Of a stretch of 64,000 nucleotides of DNA, positions 21,483 through 31,827 are shown one piece after another (the stretch's first letter is position 1; every line of letters begins with the position of its first letter). The DNA lies in the NCBI GenBank assembly GCA_963797555.1, contig CAWCPV010000014.1, positions 256,001 through 320,000 of the forward strand, read 5' to 3'. Both the position numbers and the translations under genes were made by a program. The notes beneath the pieces are model-generated. The model searched no databases. It was not told where the DNA came from and saw only the letters and a program-made list of their open reading frames with translations. Source of the DNA: an uncultured Gammaproteobacteria bacterium (GTDB lineage Bacteria > Pseudomonadota > Gammaproteobacteria > CAWCPV01).

Positions 21483-23072
21483 ATGTTGTGGCTGTGTCTC
21501 TTCCTGCCCCACCTTCCCCTGGAGATATATACCCGGGGCGACGTTGCGGAGGGGCCGCTGGCCGTCGCGCAGGGAGACTCGGAGCTTGTGAAGAAATCGT
21601 CGCGAGCGGCCCGAAGGCAAGGTAAGCGAAGCGCCGCGACGAGACCCCTCCAGCAGATTAGCGAGGAGCGAGCACCGCACAACGCCGCTATCGGGACGCG
21701 CAGCAGATTTATTCACAAGCTCTCAGGAAAACGCCAGATCTTGATGGCATGCAATACCCGGGCACGGAACTTGGGCGTGCGTCCCGGCATGACGTGCAGC
21801 GCCGCCCTTGCCCTGCTCCCCGAGCTGCGGGTGTTCCCCAGAGACGAGCAGGAAGAAGCGGCTATGCTGAAGCATATTGCCGCCTGGGCCGGCCAGTTCA
21901 CGTCCCTGGTCAGCCTGGTCCCGCCGCGTAGCGTACTGCTGGAGGCGGCAGGGAGCCTGAGACTATTCGGCGGTGCGGCGGGACTGTGCCGACGGGTCAA
22001 GGAGGAGATGAAGTCACTGGGATACGACATCTCCCTGGCGCTCGCGCCGACCCCCCTCGGCGCCTGGCTGCTAGCTTGCGCCGGCCTGGAGCGGTGCGTC
22101 ACGGATCTCCATCAGCTTCATCGTGAGGTGGCAGGGGTGTCTTTGCCCCTCCTCCAGCTTTCGGGCGAGATCCTCGAAGATTTGCGGGGTCTGGGTCTAC
22201 AAACCGTGGGGGACTGCCTGCGTCTTCCGCGGGAAGGACTGGCGCGGCGCTTCGGCCCGGGGCTGATCGACTACCTGGACAGAATGTTGGGCAGGACGCC
22301 GGACCCGCGCATTCCGTTCGAGCTCCCTCCCCGCTTCCGGGGTCACTTGGAGCTGCCCGCCGATACTTCTGCCTGTGAGGCACTGCTCTTCCCCCTCCGC
22401 CGCCTGCTCTCGGAGCTGACCGGATTCCTCCGGGCAAGGCAGGGGGGAATCCAACGTCTGGAGGTGAGGCTTGGCCATGGACGGGCGACCCCTAGCCGCC
22501 TGGCCATCGATCTGGTGGCTCCCAGCCGCGATCCCCAGCATCTGTTGGATCTGCTGCGTGAGCGCCTGGAACGGGTCAATCTGCCCGAGCCGGTCCAGGA
22601 CATCCAGCTCACGGCCGGCGAGGTGCTTAGCCTACCGCCCGAGAATCAGAGGCTGTTTCGAGAAGCTGGGAGGCAGCCAGATGACTGGAAGAGACTGGTG
22701 GAGCGGCTCCGTGCCCGTCTGGGCAGGAATGCTGTGCACGGTCTCAAGGCGGTTCCCGACTACCGCCCGGAGCGCGCCTGGTGCCACTGTCCCGCCGGAG
22801 AGACAGCATCGCAGACGCAGACACCCCCTCTCCCCCGCCCCCTCTGGCTGCTGCTCGACCCTTTACCTCTGTCGACGGTGGACGGTAGACCTTATCTGGA
22901 GGGCTCCCTAACTCTGCATCAGGGGCCCGAGTGCATCGAGAGCGGCTGGTGGGATGGCGCGGATGTGGTGCGTGATTATTACGTAGCGGCGAATCCCTTC
23001 GGCTCCCGGCTGTGGGTGTACCGAGAGCGCACAGGATCCAGAGGGTGGTTCCTGCATGGGGTCTTTGGATGA
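21483..23072 (+). CDS. imuB: Inactive Y-family polymerase ImuB, carrying an in-frame palindromic insertion
   Basis: MLWLCL start, GVRPGM, RPLWLL, GPECIESGWWD, RDYY, WFLHG. Confidence 0.92.
   Translation: MLWLCLFLPHLPLEIYTRGDVAEGPLAVAQGDSELVKKSSRAARRQGKRSAATRPLQQISEERAPHNAAIGTRSRFIHKLSGKRQILMACNTRARNLGVRPGMTCSAALALLPELRVFPRDEQEEAAMLKHIAAWAGQFTSLVSLVPPRSVLLEAAGSLRLFGGAAGLCRRVKEEMKSLGYDISLALAPTPLGAWLLACAGLERCVTDLHQLHREVAGVSLPLLQLSGEILEDLRGLGLQTVGDCLRLPREGLARRFGPGLIDYLDRMLGRTPDPRIPFELPPRFRGHLELPADTSACEALLFPLRRLLSELTGFLRARQGGIQRLEVRLGHGRATPSRLAIDLVAPSRDPQHLLDLLRERLERVNLPEPVQDIQLTAGEVLSLPPENQRLFREAGRQPDDWKRLVERLRARLGRNAVHGLKAVPDYRPERAWCHCPAGETASQTQTPPLPRPLWLLLDPLPLSTVDGRPYLEGSLTLHQGPECIESGWWDGADVVRDYYVAANPFGSRLWVYRERTGSRGWFLHGVFG
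21582..21722 (+). mobile_element. MITE-like palindromic element, copy A (141 bp), in frame within imuB
   Basis: 17-bp terminal inverted repeats with one mismatch (GAGCTTGTGAAGAAATC / GATTTATTCACAAGCTC), flanks TCG/TCA; homologous to 63287-63502. Confidence 0.9.
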
Positions 23073-23088
23073 GGGGGGTCGGCATCCC

Positions 23089-26000
23089 GTGTCACTGCCA
23101 TCGCCTGCATACGCGGAGCTGCACTGCCTCAGCAATTTCACCTTCCTGCGCGGGGCCTCCCACCCCGAGGAGCTGGTGGCCCGGGCGGCAAGGCTGGGCT
23201 ATGCGGCTCTGGCACTCACCGACGAGTGCTCTCTGGCAGGGGTGGTGCGCGCCCATGTCGCCGCCAAGGACGACCGCCTCAAGCTTCTCATAGGCAGCGA
23301 GGTCCGCCTGCAGGATGGACCGCGCCTGGTATTGCTGGCGATAAACCGGGAAGGCTATGGGAACCTCGCGGAGATCATCACCCAGGGGCGCAGGGCAGCC
23401 CCTAAGGGGCAGTATTGCCTCAGGCGTGCGGATCTGGCCGATGGCATGGCGGGATGTCTGGCCCTGCTTTGCCCTGATGAGGCGTTGGAGCTGGAGCACG
23501 CCCGGTGGGTCGGGGATATCTTCCGAGAAGGCGTCTGGCTCGCCGTGGAGCTCTTCGGGGGACCAGACGACGCTGGCCGACTCGCCGCCCTGCGGCGGCT
23601 GGGGGGAGAAGCCGGCCTTCCTCTGGTGGCGGCAGGGGACGTGCACATGCACGTGCGCGCACGGCGGGCACTACAGGATACCCTGACCGCCATCCGTCTG
23701 GGCTGCACCCTGACCGAGGCGGGCTTAAGGCTCCATCCCAACGGCGAACGCCATCTGAGGCCCCGCAGGGCGCTTGTCCGCTTCTATCCTCCCGAGCTGC
23801 TGGAAGAATCCCTGCGGGTCGTGGAGCGGTGCCGCTTCTCCCTCGACGAGCTGCGCTACGAGTATCCCCAGGAGCTGGTCCCGCCCGGACAGACCCCGGC
23901 GAGCTACCTGCGCTGCCTTACCGAGGCCGGCATTCGGGAGCGTTGGCCAGAAGGCCCGCCGGACAGGGTACACCGCTTGGTGGAGCACGAGCTGGATCTC
24001 ATCTCCGAGACTCGCTTACGAGCCCTATTTTCTGACGGTCCACGACATCGTCCGGTTCGCCCGCTCCCGGAGCATTCTGTGCCAAGGACGCGGCTCTGCG
24101 GCCAACTCCGTGGTGTGCTATTGCCTGGGAATTACCGAGGTAGACCCGGCGCGCATGGAAGTGCTGTTCGAGCGCTTCATCTCCAAGGAGCGCAACGAGC
24201 CGCCCGACATCGACGTGGACTTCGAGCACGAGAGACGCGAGGAGGTCATCCAGTACATCTACGAGAAGTACGGTCGGCATCGGGCGGCCCTGGCCGCCAC
24301 CGTCATCACATACCGGCCGAAGAGCGCGGTCCGGGACGTGGGCAAAGCCCTGGGGCTGAGCCTCTCACAGGTCGACCGTCTGGCCCGGACCCTGGCTTGG
24401 TGGGACAGCAAACACGTTGCCCCCGAGCGGATCCGGGAAGCCGGCCTCGAACTGGACAGCCCGGCGATCACCCGGCTGCTCGCCCTGGTACACACCCTGC
24501 TGGGTTTCCCGCGCCATCTCTCCCAGCACGTCGGCGGCTTAGTGATGTCCCAGAGCCCCCTGTGCCGCCTAGTCCCCATCGAGAACGCCACGATGCCTGG
24601 ACGGACCGTCATCCAGTGGGACAAGGACGACCTGGATTCCCTGGGTCTGCTCAAGGTGGATGTGCTGGGACTGGGTATGCTGTCCGCCATCCGGCGCGCC
24701 CTGGAGAGCGTCAGCCGCTTCCGCGGCAAGCGCCTCGACTTGGCCGACGTGCCGCCCGAAGACGCGGCCGTCTACCAGATGATGCAGCGAGCCGATACGG
24801 TAGGGGTATTCCAGATCGAATCGCGGGCGCAGATGGCCATGCTGCCCCGTCTCAAGCCCGCCTGTTTCTACGACTTGGTGATTGAGGTGGCCATCGTGCG
24901 CCCCGGCCCCATCCAGGGGAACATGGTGCATCCCTATTTGCGCCGCCGGCGGGGCGAGGAGCCCGTCACCTACCCCAGCCTGGAGGTGCGCGAGGTCCTG
25001 GAGCGGACCCTGGGCGTACCCATCTTCCAGGAGCAGGTGATCAAGCTCGCCGTGGTGGCGGCGGGCTTCTCCGCCGGCGAGGCCGAACGGCTGCGCCGAG
25101 CCATGGCGGCCTGGCGTCGTAAGGGGGGATTGGAGCCCTTCGAGAACAGACTCATCGAGGGGATGCGCAGCCGAGGCTATCCGGATCTCTTCGCCCGCCA
25201 AATCTTCCAGCAAATCCTGGGGTTCGGGGAGTATGGCTTTCCGGAGTCCCACGCGGCGAGCTTCGCCCTGCTCGTGTACGTGTCGGCCTGGCTCAAACGC
25301 CACGAGCCGGCCGCCTTCACCTGTGCTCTGCTCAACAGCCAGCCCATGGGGTTCTATGCCCCCTCCCAGCTTGTCCAGGATGCGACAAGACACGACGTTG
25401 AGGTGCGTCCGCCTGACGTGGCCGAGAGTCTCTGGGACTGCAGCCTGGAGCCGGATGCGAAAGGCGAGCCAGCGCTGCGCCTGGGGCTGCGGATGATCAA
25501 GGGCCTGAGCCGACAGGCTGGCGAACGTCTGCTCACCGCCCGTCATGAGCGCCCCTTCACCAGCGTCCAGGACTTGATCCGGCGCAGCGGGCTGAACCGC
25601 TCCGATGTTCAGGCGCTAACCGCAGGTGGTGCCCTGGAGAGCCTCGCAGGGAACCGCCATCAAGCCCGTTGGCAGGTGCTCGGCGTGGAGCCGTCTTTCC
25701 CTTTGCTGGCGAATACTGCCATCTGCGAGCCCATGTCGCCGCTCCCTGTGCCTACGGAAGGCCAAGACATCGCAGCCGACTATGCGAGCCTGGGCCTCTC
25801 CCTGCGCCGCCACCCCCTGGCCCTCCTACGTCAGCAACTGCATGGGCTGCATGTGCTGAGCGCCGCAAAGTTGCATGCCGTGCCCCATGGTCGTCGAGTA
25901 CGTACGGCAGGTCTTGTGATCACTCGTCAGCGCCCCGCCTCGGCCTCGGGCGTTACTTTTCTCACCCTGGAAGACGAGACCGGTACCGTCAACGTGGTGG

Positions 26001-26173
26001 TCTGGCGCGACCTGGCCGATCGACAGCGAGCACCCCTGTTGGGCGCCCAACTGTTGAGCGTGTCCGGAGTCTTGGAGCGCGACGGTCAGGTGGTGCACCT
26101 GATCGCCTCTCGCTTAGAGGACTATAGCGCCCTCTTGGGCAGACTGGTGACCCGCTCGCGAGACTTCCGCTGA
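23089..26173 (+). CDS. dnaE2: Error-prone DNA polymerase III alpha (one extra base near 24010)
   Basis: [53 protein letters not shown]-terminal SRDFR; start approximate. Confidence 0.93.
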
Positions 26174-26271
26174 AGAGGTTGTGGATAAGTCTACTGCACG
26201 AGCCGTCACCAAAACTTGACAAATCCACTCAACATTCCTAGGTTTTAAGTAATTACGTCAAGGAGGCTCTC

Positions 26272-26505
26272 ATGAACATCCAGCTAGCGGACGTGATGTT
26301 GCACGTGGATCAGGCCCTCGACGCCGACCGTCGGCATAGGTTGACGGAAGCCGTCCGCGAGGACCAGGGCGTCGTGGGCGTGGGTCTACATGACTTCGCG
26401 CCCCATCTGATGCTCATCGCTTACAACCCCGCCAGCACGAGCGCCGCCAGCATTCTCCAGCGTGCAACGGCCGAGGGGCTGCGAGCGGAGTTGGTCGGTT
26501 TCTGA
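26272..26505 (+). CDS. Small hypothetical protein, HMA-like fold
   Basis: RBS AAGGAGG; alternating beta/alpha pattern, no CxxC. Confidence 0.7.
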   Translation: MNIQLADVMLHVDQALDADRRHRLTEAVREDQGVVGVGLHDFAPHLMLIAYNPASTSAASILQRATAEGLRAELVGF

Positions 26506-26585
26506 GATCACGGCCGAGGTACACACAGCGGTGGGCGAAAGTTAGCAGTAACTCCAGCGTAGCGGGACGTGGAAAAGGAGGCGCC

Positions 26586-27092
26586 ATGAAACGGAGGCTC
26601 TACTTTCTGCTCCCTGAGCCAGACAAAGCCCGGCGCGTCGTGGCGGAGCTTGTCGAGGTGGGTGTAGACGAGCGCCAGATGCATGTCCTGGCGCGTGACG
26701 GCGTCGATCTATCGGGATTGCCGGCGGCCACCGCGGAGCAGCGGCGTGATCTTGCCGAACGCATCGAACGGCTGTTGTGGGGCGGCAACTTGGCGGTCTT
26801 CTGGATCGCGCTCATGGCGTTTCTCGCCACTCTGTTCACCGGTCTTTCGGCGTGGTCGGTGGTGGCGGTCGCCGTGATGATTGCGACGTTCGTGGCCGGC
26901 GCGCTCTTCGCTCTGCTGGTCCCGAACGTGCATCTGGAAGAGTTCCGAGATGCCCTGGCGCACGGCGACCTGCTCCTGATGGTGGACGTCCCGCGACGCC
27001 GTGTCGCGGAGGTGGAGGATCGGGTCCACCGGCATCACCCTGAGGCTGCGGTAGGCGGGGTGAGCTGGACGATCGGTGCGCTGCGGGCCTGA
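26586..27092 (+). CDS. Membrane protein (DUF1269-related)
   Basis: RBS AAGGAGG; MKRRLYFLLP, two TM helices, LLLMVDVP...HHPEA. Confidence 0.75.
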   Translation: MKRRLYFLLPEPDKARRVVAELVEVGVDERQMHVLARDGVDLSGLPAATAEQRRDLAERIERLLWGGNLAVFWIALMAFLATLFTGLSAWSVVAVAVMIATFVAGALFALLVPNVHLEEFRDALAHGDLLLMVDVPRRRVAEVEDRVHRHHPEAAVGGVSWTIGALRA

Positions 27093-27096
27093 GACG

Positions 27097-27119
27097 CAGG
27101 TATCGATATTCGATACCTG
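27097..27119. terminator. Perfect 10-bp dyad after the stop codon (terminator or operator)
   Basis: CAGGTATCGA-TAT-TCGATACCTG; no U-tract. Confidence 0.35.
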
Positions 27120-27362
27120 AAGAACTCACAGTCTTGAGGCGGCCAGTCGCCGCCCGCGAGCGGGTGCTTTCTCACGTGCGGTCCGCCGTGGGGGGGGTTG
27201 TTGGCTGTCATCAGGTGGCCTTCCCGGGAAGACCACCGGCACCTCATCCTCTGCGCGCAGCGCGATCCGGACGCCGTCGCGGCCACCGCGTAGGGGGCGC
27301 GCAATGTGCACTTCGCGGTTAGAATGGTTCCTCGAGTCGCGGGGCTCGGGGAGGGCGAGGAA

Positions 27363-28490
27363 ATGGAGCGTCTTGTCGCTGCAGGTGGAGCCGATCTCGA
27401 TCCCCAGGCGGCTGTGGCCATGCTTGGGCAACGTGCAGTACAGCACGCGCCGCTGGCAGACCTGATGCATGAGGCACTCCTGCAAGTGCAGGAGGTCCTC
27501 AGGCCGCACGGCGCACACATTTTGGAGTGGTCACCGGAAACGAACGTGCTGGTGCTCCGCGCAGCCGTCGGAGGACAGACAGAGCAAACCCCCAGTGCGG
27601 CTCCCGGCGCAGGGCCATCTACCCAAGCGGCATACCTCGCGAAGTCCGCCACGCCGCTGATCATCGACGACGTGAATGTCGACACGTCCGTCGATTTGCC
27701 TCCCCTCCTGTCCGAGCAGGGTGCCCGGAGCGTCGTGAGCGTAGCGATCGGCCGGACGGAGAGTCCGTGGGGTGTTCTGGGGGCCTTCGGTCGTTCGCCG
27801 AGTCAGTTCAGTTTGCGCGACGCGCACTTTCTCCAAGCTGTCGCCAACGTGCTCGCGGCGGCGCTCCAGCGCGAAGGCGTGGAGGCACAGTGTCAAGAGC
27901 GCCTCGATCGGCAGCGCAACGCGATGCTGGAGGCGTTGCAGTCGATGGCCGTCGCCCTGGAGGCGCGCGACCCATACACTGTCGGGCACCAGCGGCGTGT
28001 GGCGAAGCTCGCGGTAGCGATTGGCGAGGTGCTGGGGCTGGACTCCCAGCGCCTTCAGGGCATCAGGCTGGCAGGAATCGTCCACAATATCGGCAAGGTG
28101 TTTCTGCCGATCGACATCCTGGGACGGGAAGGTCCTCTCAACGCGATAGAATTCGGCCTCGTCAAGACTCACCCTCAGCTCGGTCACGACCTTCTGCAAG
28201 GCATGGAGTTTCCCTGGCCGTTGGCGGAGATCGTGTTCCAGCATCACGAACGGCTCGACGGCTCCGGATACCCGCGAGGTCTCCGGGAGGAACAGATTCT
28301 GCCGGAGGCACGCATCATCACCGTGGCAGACGTCGTCGAGGCCATGGTCTCCGACCGGCGCTACCGCCCTGCTCGGGATATAGCAACTGCGTTGGAAGAG
28401 ATCGCGGAGAACAAGGGGCGGTACTACGACCCCCGGGTGGTGGAGGTGTGCTTAGAGCTGTTCAGGGAAAAGTCCTTTGACTTCGACTGA
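27363..28490 (+). CDS. GAF plus HD-GYP domain protein
   Basis: RDPYTVGHQRRV, HHERLDGSGYPRGL, ARIITVADVVEAM; HD dyad reads HN. Confidence 0.88.
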   Translation: MERLVAAGGADLDPQAAVAMLGQRAVQHAPLADLMHEALLQVQEVLRPHGAHILEWSPETNVLVLRAAVGGQTEQTPSAAPGAGPSTQAAYLAKSATPLIIDDVNVDTSVDLPPLLSEQGARSVVSVAIGRTESPWGVLGAFGRSPSQFSLRDAHFLQAVANVLAAALQREGVEAQCQERLDRQRNAMLEALQSMAVALEARDPYTVGHQRRVAKLAVAIGEVLGLDSQRLQGIRLAGIVHNIGKVFLPIDILGREGPLNAIEFGLVKTHPQLGHDLLQGMEFPWPLAEIVFQHHERLDGSGYPRGLREEQILPEARIITVADVVEAMVSDRRYRPARDIATALEEIAENKGRYYDPRVVEVCLELFREKSFDFD

Positions 28491-28513
28491 CGGCCATCGC
28501 CGGACGCTGGCGT

Positions 28514-29076
28514 TCACCGAGCTGGGTTCTTCGGGAACCTGTTCAGGCGCCTGCGGGCCATGTCTGCCGTCGCAGCATCATCGCGCCCGATGGCCTTTCT
28601 GAGCACGGTGCGCAGCTCTCTCTCCGTGAGCTCACGCTCGATGAAAGAGGCATACTGGGCAGCCTGTTCCAGAGAACCCGCCTGGACAGCCCGGCGAATA
28701 TCCTTCTCCATCAGCCGGGTCAGGCGGCGCGGCCCGAGAAACGTCGCGCGCCTGTCCTTGGGCAGGGTGAACAACAGGCTCCGGCGGAGGCTCGATCGTG
28801 TCTCAGATAATACTTGAAGACCTCTCGCAATAGATGCTGTCTGACGGAGCCTTCTGGCAAACGAAGTCCGATCTCCTCGAGGCGCGGGTAGTCGCGTGCC
28901 CGCACGGCTTCTCCGATGAGCATGCGATCCCCGCGTCGCAGTCGTGGTCCATAGAGCCGGCGGAACCACAGGCTCCGAGCCCATCGCCTCACGCCCCGCA
29001 GGCCGACGCATAGCGCCCAAACGAGGACCACGACCGAGAGGCTGACAAGGATGCCTGGCAGAAGCAGTGCCGACAT
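28514..29076 (-). CDS. Hypothetical membrane-anchored protein (frameshift near 28790)
   Basis: N-terminal TM helix; two overlapping ORFs that join plausibly. Confidence 0.5.
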
Positions 29077-29238
29077 GGGTTCGGGAGAGGGGCGGCTTCG
29101 ATTACATCATTTATATATAACCCAACGGGCGTCCAGCGCCTACGGTTTTGGTCGAGGCTTGCGGTCGCGCTCGCTGCTCCTGCGGCGCATCAGGCGCGCG
29201 TCGACGGGCAGTAGCGGGAACTGCTATCAGTCGTGGCG

Positions 29239-30393
29239 ATGAAAGGCCTGCAGATACAAGGTCTCGTGTCCCTCGCCGCCCGTCTGCGGCAGGAGCTCAC
29301 GTGTCCCATCCCCCAACCGCGCGCAGCGAGCTTACGCCGGCTCGTCGACGACACTCTTTCGGCCGTGGATGGCCTTCTAGCCCGATACGGGGTCACGGCT
29401 ACCGCCCTTTCGCCGCGGTCGCGACAGGCCGTGCAGTTTTTGCGCGGCCTCGACCTGGGCGCAGCACACCCCACCGCCGGTGCAAGGACCGCACCGGTAC
29501 ATTTCCCTGGCCTGCGGCGAGCCTTCCTGGACCTGCTCGCCCAACTCGAAGCGCCCGGCAAGACCCATCTGCCCGCCACACTGGCGCGAATCGCGCGACA
29601 CACCGAGTGCCTGGAGCGGACGATCGCCGACCACAACCTCTCTCCCGAGGCAATTAGCGAGGAGAGCCGCTGCGTCCGGGGTTGGCTCGCCTTCTTCTCC
29701 CGGCGAGAGAATCTGCAGGCTTATGCGGCTGCCGTGACCTGCACAGCGGACGTGTTCAGGGGGGCACTGCGCGGCACCCCGGGTCATCATCTTCCGCTGT
29801 CCGTCCACCTGCGCCCCATGCGGGGGCTGTTTCGGTGGCGTTTCGGCCCAAAGGGCGGTCAGGTCTCGTTGCCGACCCCGACCATCACCTTCGAAGGGGA
29901 CCTCTTCGCAGTGTTGGCAGGGCTCGCGCTGCGCCAGCGCCGCAACCGCCACCCGGTGCTGGAGGCCATGGTGGGTGATGCCTACCAAGGCGTTCAGGCC
30001 GAGATCGATTCTCTGGGGGGCGTGGTGGAGCACCCGCGCGGGCTCCACCACGACTTGGCCGCCGCCTTCGAGCGCGTGAACGCGGCCTATTTCGGAGACG
30101 GCCTCGCGCGGCCCCGGCTGGCTTGGAGCCACAACTTTTCGCGACGCAAGTTCGGGCATTACGACCCCATTCGCGACACCGTCATGGTGAGTTCCTCACT
30201 CGACCAGGCCCGGGTTCCACAGACAGCAGTGGACTTCGTCATGTACCACGAACTGCTGCACAAGCGGCTCGGCATCTCCTGGGACCGCGGCCGAGCGCGG
30301 GTGCATACCCCGGAGTTTAGGCGCGCGGAGCGCTGCTTCCACGCGTATGCCGAAGCGGAGCGCATCCTGGCTCGGCTCGCCCGACCAGACTGA
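29239..30393 (+). CDS. SprT/YgjP-like zinc metallopeptidase with long N-terminal extension
   Basis: FERVNAAYF, FGHYD, DFVMYHELLH, HTPEFR. Confidence 0.75.
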   Translation: MKGLQIQGLVSLAARLRQELTCPIPQPRAASLRRLVDDTLSAVDGLLARYGVTATALSPRSRQAVQFLRGLDLGAAHPTAGARTAPVHFPGLRRAFLDLLAQLEAPGKTHLPATLARIARHTECLERTIADHNLSPEAISEESRCVRGWLAFFSRRENLQAYAAAVTCTADVFRGALRGTPGHHLPLSVHLRPMRGLFRWRFGPKGGQVSLPTPTITFEGDLFAVLAGLALRQRRNRHPVLEAMVGDAYQGVQAEIDSLGGVVEHPRGLHHDLAAAFERVNAAYFGDGLARPRLAWSHNFSRRKFGHYDPIRDTVMVSSSLDQARVPQTAVDFVMYHELLHKRLGISWDRGRARVHTPEFRRAERCFHAYAEAERILARLARPD

Positions 30394-30423
30394 CCGTTTC
30401 CGGGTCCGCATCGAGGGGAACGG

Positions 30424-31827
30424 ATGGTCGTTTTCCGCATTACGGCCTTCCTGCTCTGGGCCAATTTCCTGCCACCGATGGCGAACTTGATCTGGGGGGA
30501 GCGCCTCGGCTACGCTCTGGACGGCGGTCATACCTGGCCGGACGGGCGACCGCTTTTCGGTCCGCACAAGACCGTGCGTGGAATCGTCGCCAGCGCGGTG
30601 GGCGGTACAGCCGCTTATCCGCTACTGGGGACCCCGTGGTGGATTGCCGGTGCCGCCGCACTTCTCGCCATGGCAGGGGACCTGCTTTCCAGCTTCATTA
30701 AGCGGCGCCTGGATCATCCCAGTGGTGATCCCAGCGTGGTGCTGGACCAGATATTCGAGGGGTTGTTTCCGACAGTCTTGTTGGCGACCTACCTGCCGCT
30801 GGCGCTTTGGCAAGTGCTCGTCGTGCTCCTGCTATTCATTCCCGTGACCTACCTGGGGTCCCGGTTTTGGAGCTACGTGCTCTACCGTCCTCCCGGAAAG
30901 AACTACCCGCGCATCATCCGGTCGCGAGTGCGACTACGGGAGTGGCGGGCTTGCCACGAACCCTTGGCCCGCTGGCAGAAGTGGCTGAACTTCGAGGACT
31001 ACGTCTACTACCGAGTGTTCATGACCTGGTTCTTCCGCTGGGTCGGGCTCTACGCTCAAGGCGTCGAGAACGCGTTGAATATGCGTGTCGAGACACCAGT
31101 CTTCTGGTTCGCGGACCTACCGGCCGCCTTTGACGGCTTCCGCATCCTTCTGCTTACCGACCTGCACTTGGACGGCCTAGACGGCCTGACCGAGGCGATC
31201 GCTCGGCGAGTCAGCGACTTGAAGGTCGACCTTTGCCTGGTTGGCGGCGACCTGCGTATGGAGATGTACGGCCCCACGGGTCCCTGTCTGCGCCGGCTGC
31301 GCCAACTCTTGCCCCACGTGCGTGCAAAGCACGGGGTGCTCGGCGTTCTGGGAAACCACGACTGCATCGAAATGGTCCCGGACCTCGAGGACGCGGGGAT
31401 GTTGATGCTCATCAACGACGCGCGGCGCCTTCAGCAAAACGGGGAGCGGATCTGGGTGGTAGGCATCGACGATCCCCACTACTACCGCTGCCACGATCTT
31501 GAGCAGGCGTTCCGGGGCGTTCCCTGCGACGACTTCAGCATCCTGCTCGCCCACTCCCCCGAGGCATACGGGGAGGCGTCCGGCTTCCGCCCTCGACTCT
31601 ACCTCTGCGGCCACACTCACGGCGGCCAGATCTGCATCCCACGTTGGGGGCCCCTATACACTCATAGCAGCGCGCCGCGAACGATGGCCGCGGGACCCTG
31701 GGAATACCGAGGAATGAACGGCTACACCAGCCGCGGGGCGGGAACCTCCGGCGTTCCGCTGCGGTTCAACTGTCCGGGCGAGATCACCCTAATTACGCTG
31801 TATCGCGGGGACACCCCTGCGCCGTAG
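30424..31827 (+). CDS. CDP-archaeol synthase (CarS)-like domain fused to a metallophosphoesterase
   Basis: DGG..WPDGRPLFGPHKTVRG, GDLLSSFIKRR, LDQ; then TDLH, GGD, LGNHD, LAHSP, GHTHGGQ. Confidence 0.82.
   Translation: MVVFRITAFLLWANFLPPMANLIWGERLGYALDGGHTWPDGRPLFGPHKTVRGIVASAVGGTAAYPLLGTPWWIAGAAALLAMAGDLLSSFIKRRLDHPSGDPSVVLDQIFEGLFPTVLLATYLPLALWQVLVVLLLFIPVTYLGSRFWSYVLYRPPGKNYPRIIRSRVRLREWRACHEPLARWQKWLNFEDYVYYRVFMTWFFRWVGLYAQGVENALNMRVETPVFWFADLPAAFDGFRILLLTDLHLDGLDGLTEAIARRVSDLKVDLCLVGGDLRMEMYGPTGPCLRRLRQLLPHVRAKHGVLGVLGNHDCIEMVPDLEDAGMLMLINDARRLQQNGERIWVVGIDDPHYYRCHDLEQAFRGVPCDDFSILLAHSPEAYGEASGFRPRLYLCGHTHGGQICIPRWGPLYTHSSAPRTMAAGPWEYRGMNGYTSRGAGTSGVPLRFNCPGEITLITLYRGDTPAP

Noticed and set aside
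24000-24020. Programmed frameshift in dnaE2
   Set aside because: No slippery sequence; one extra base fits the window-wide indel pattern.
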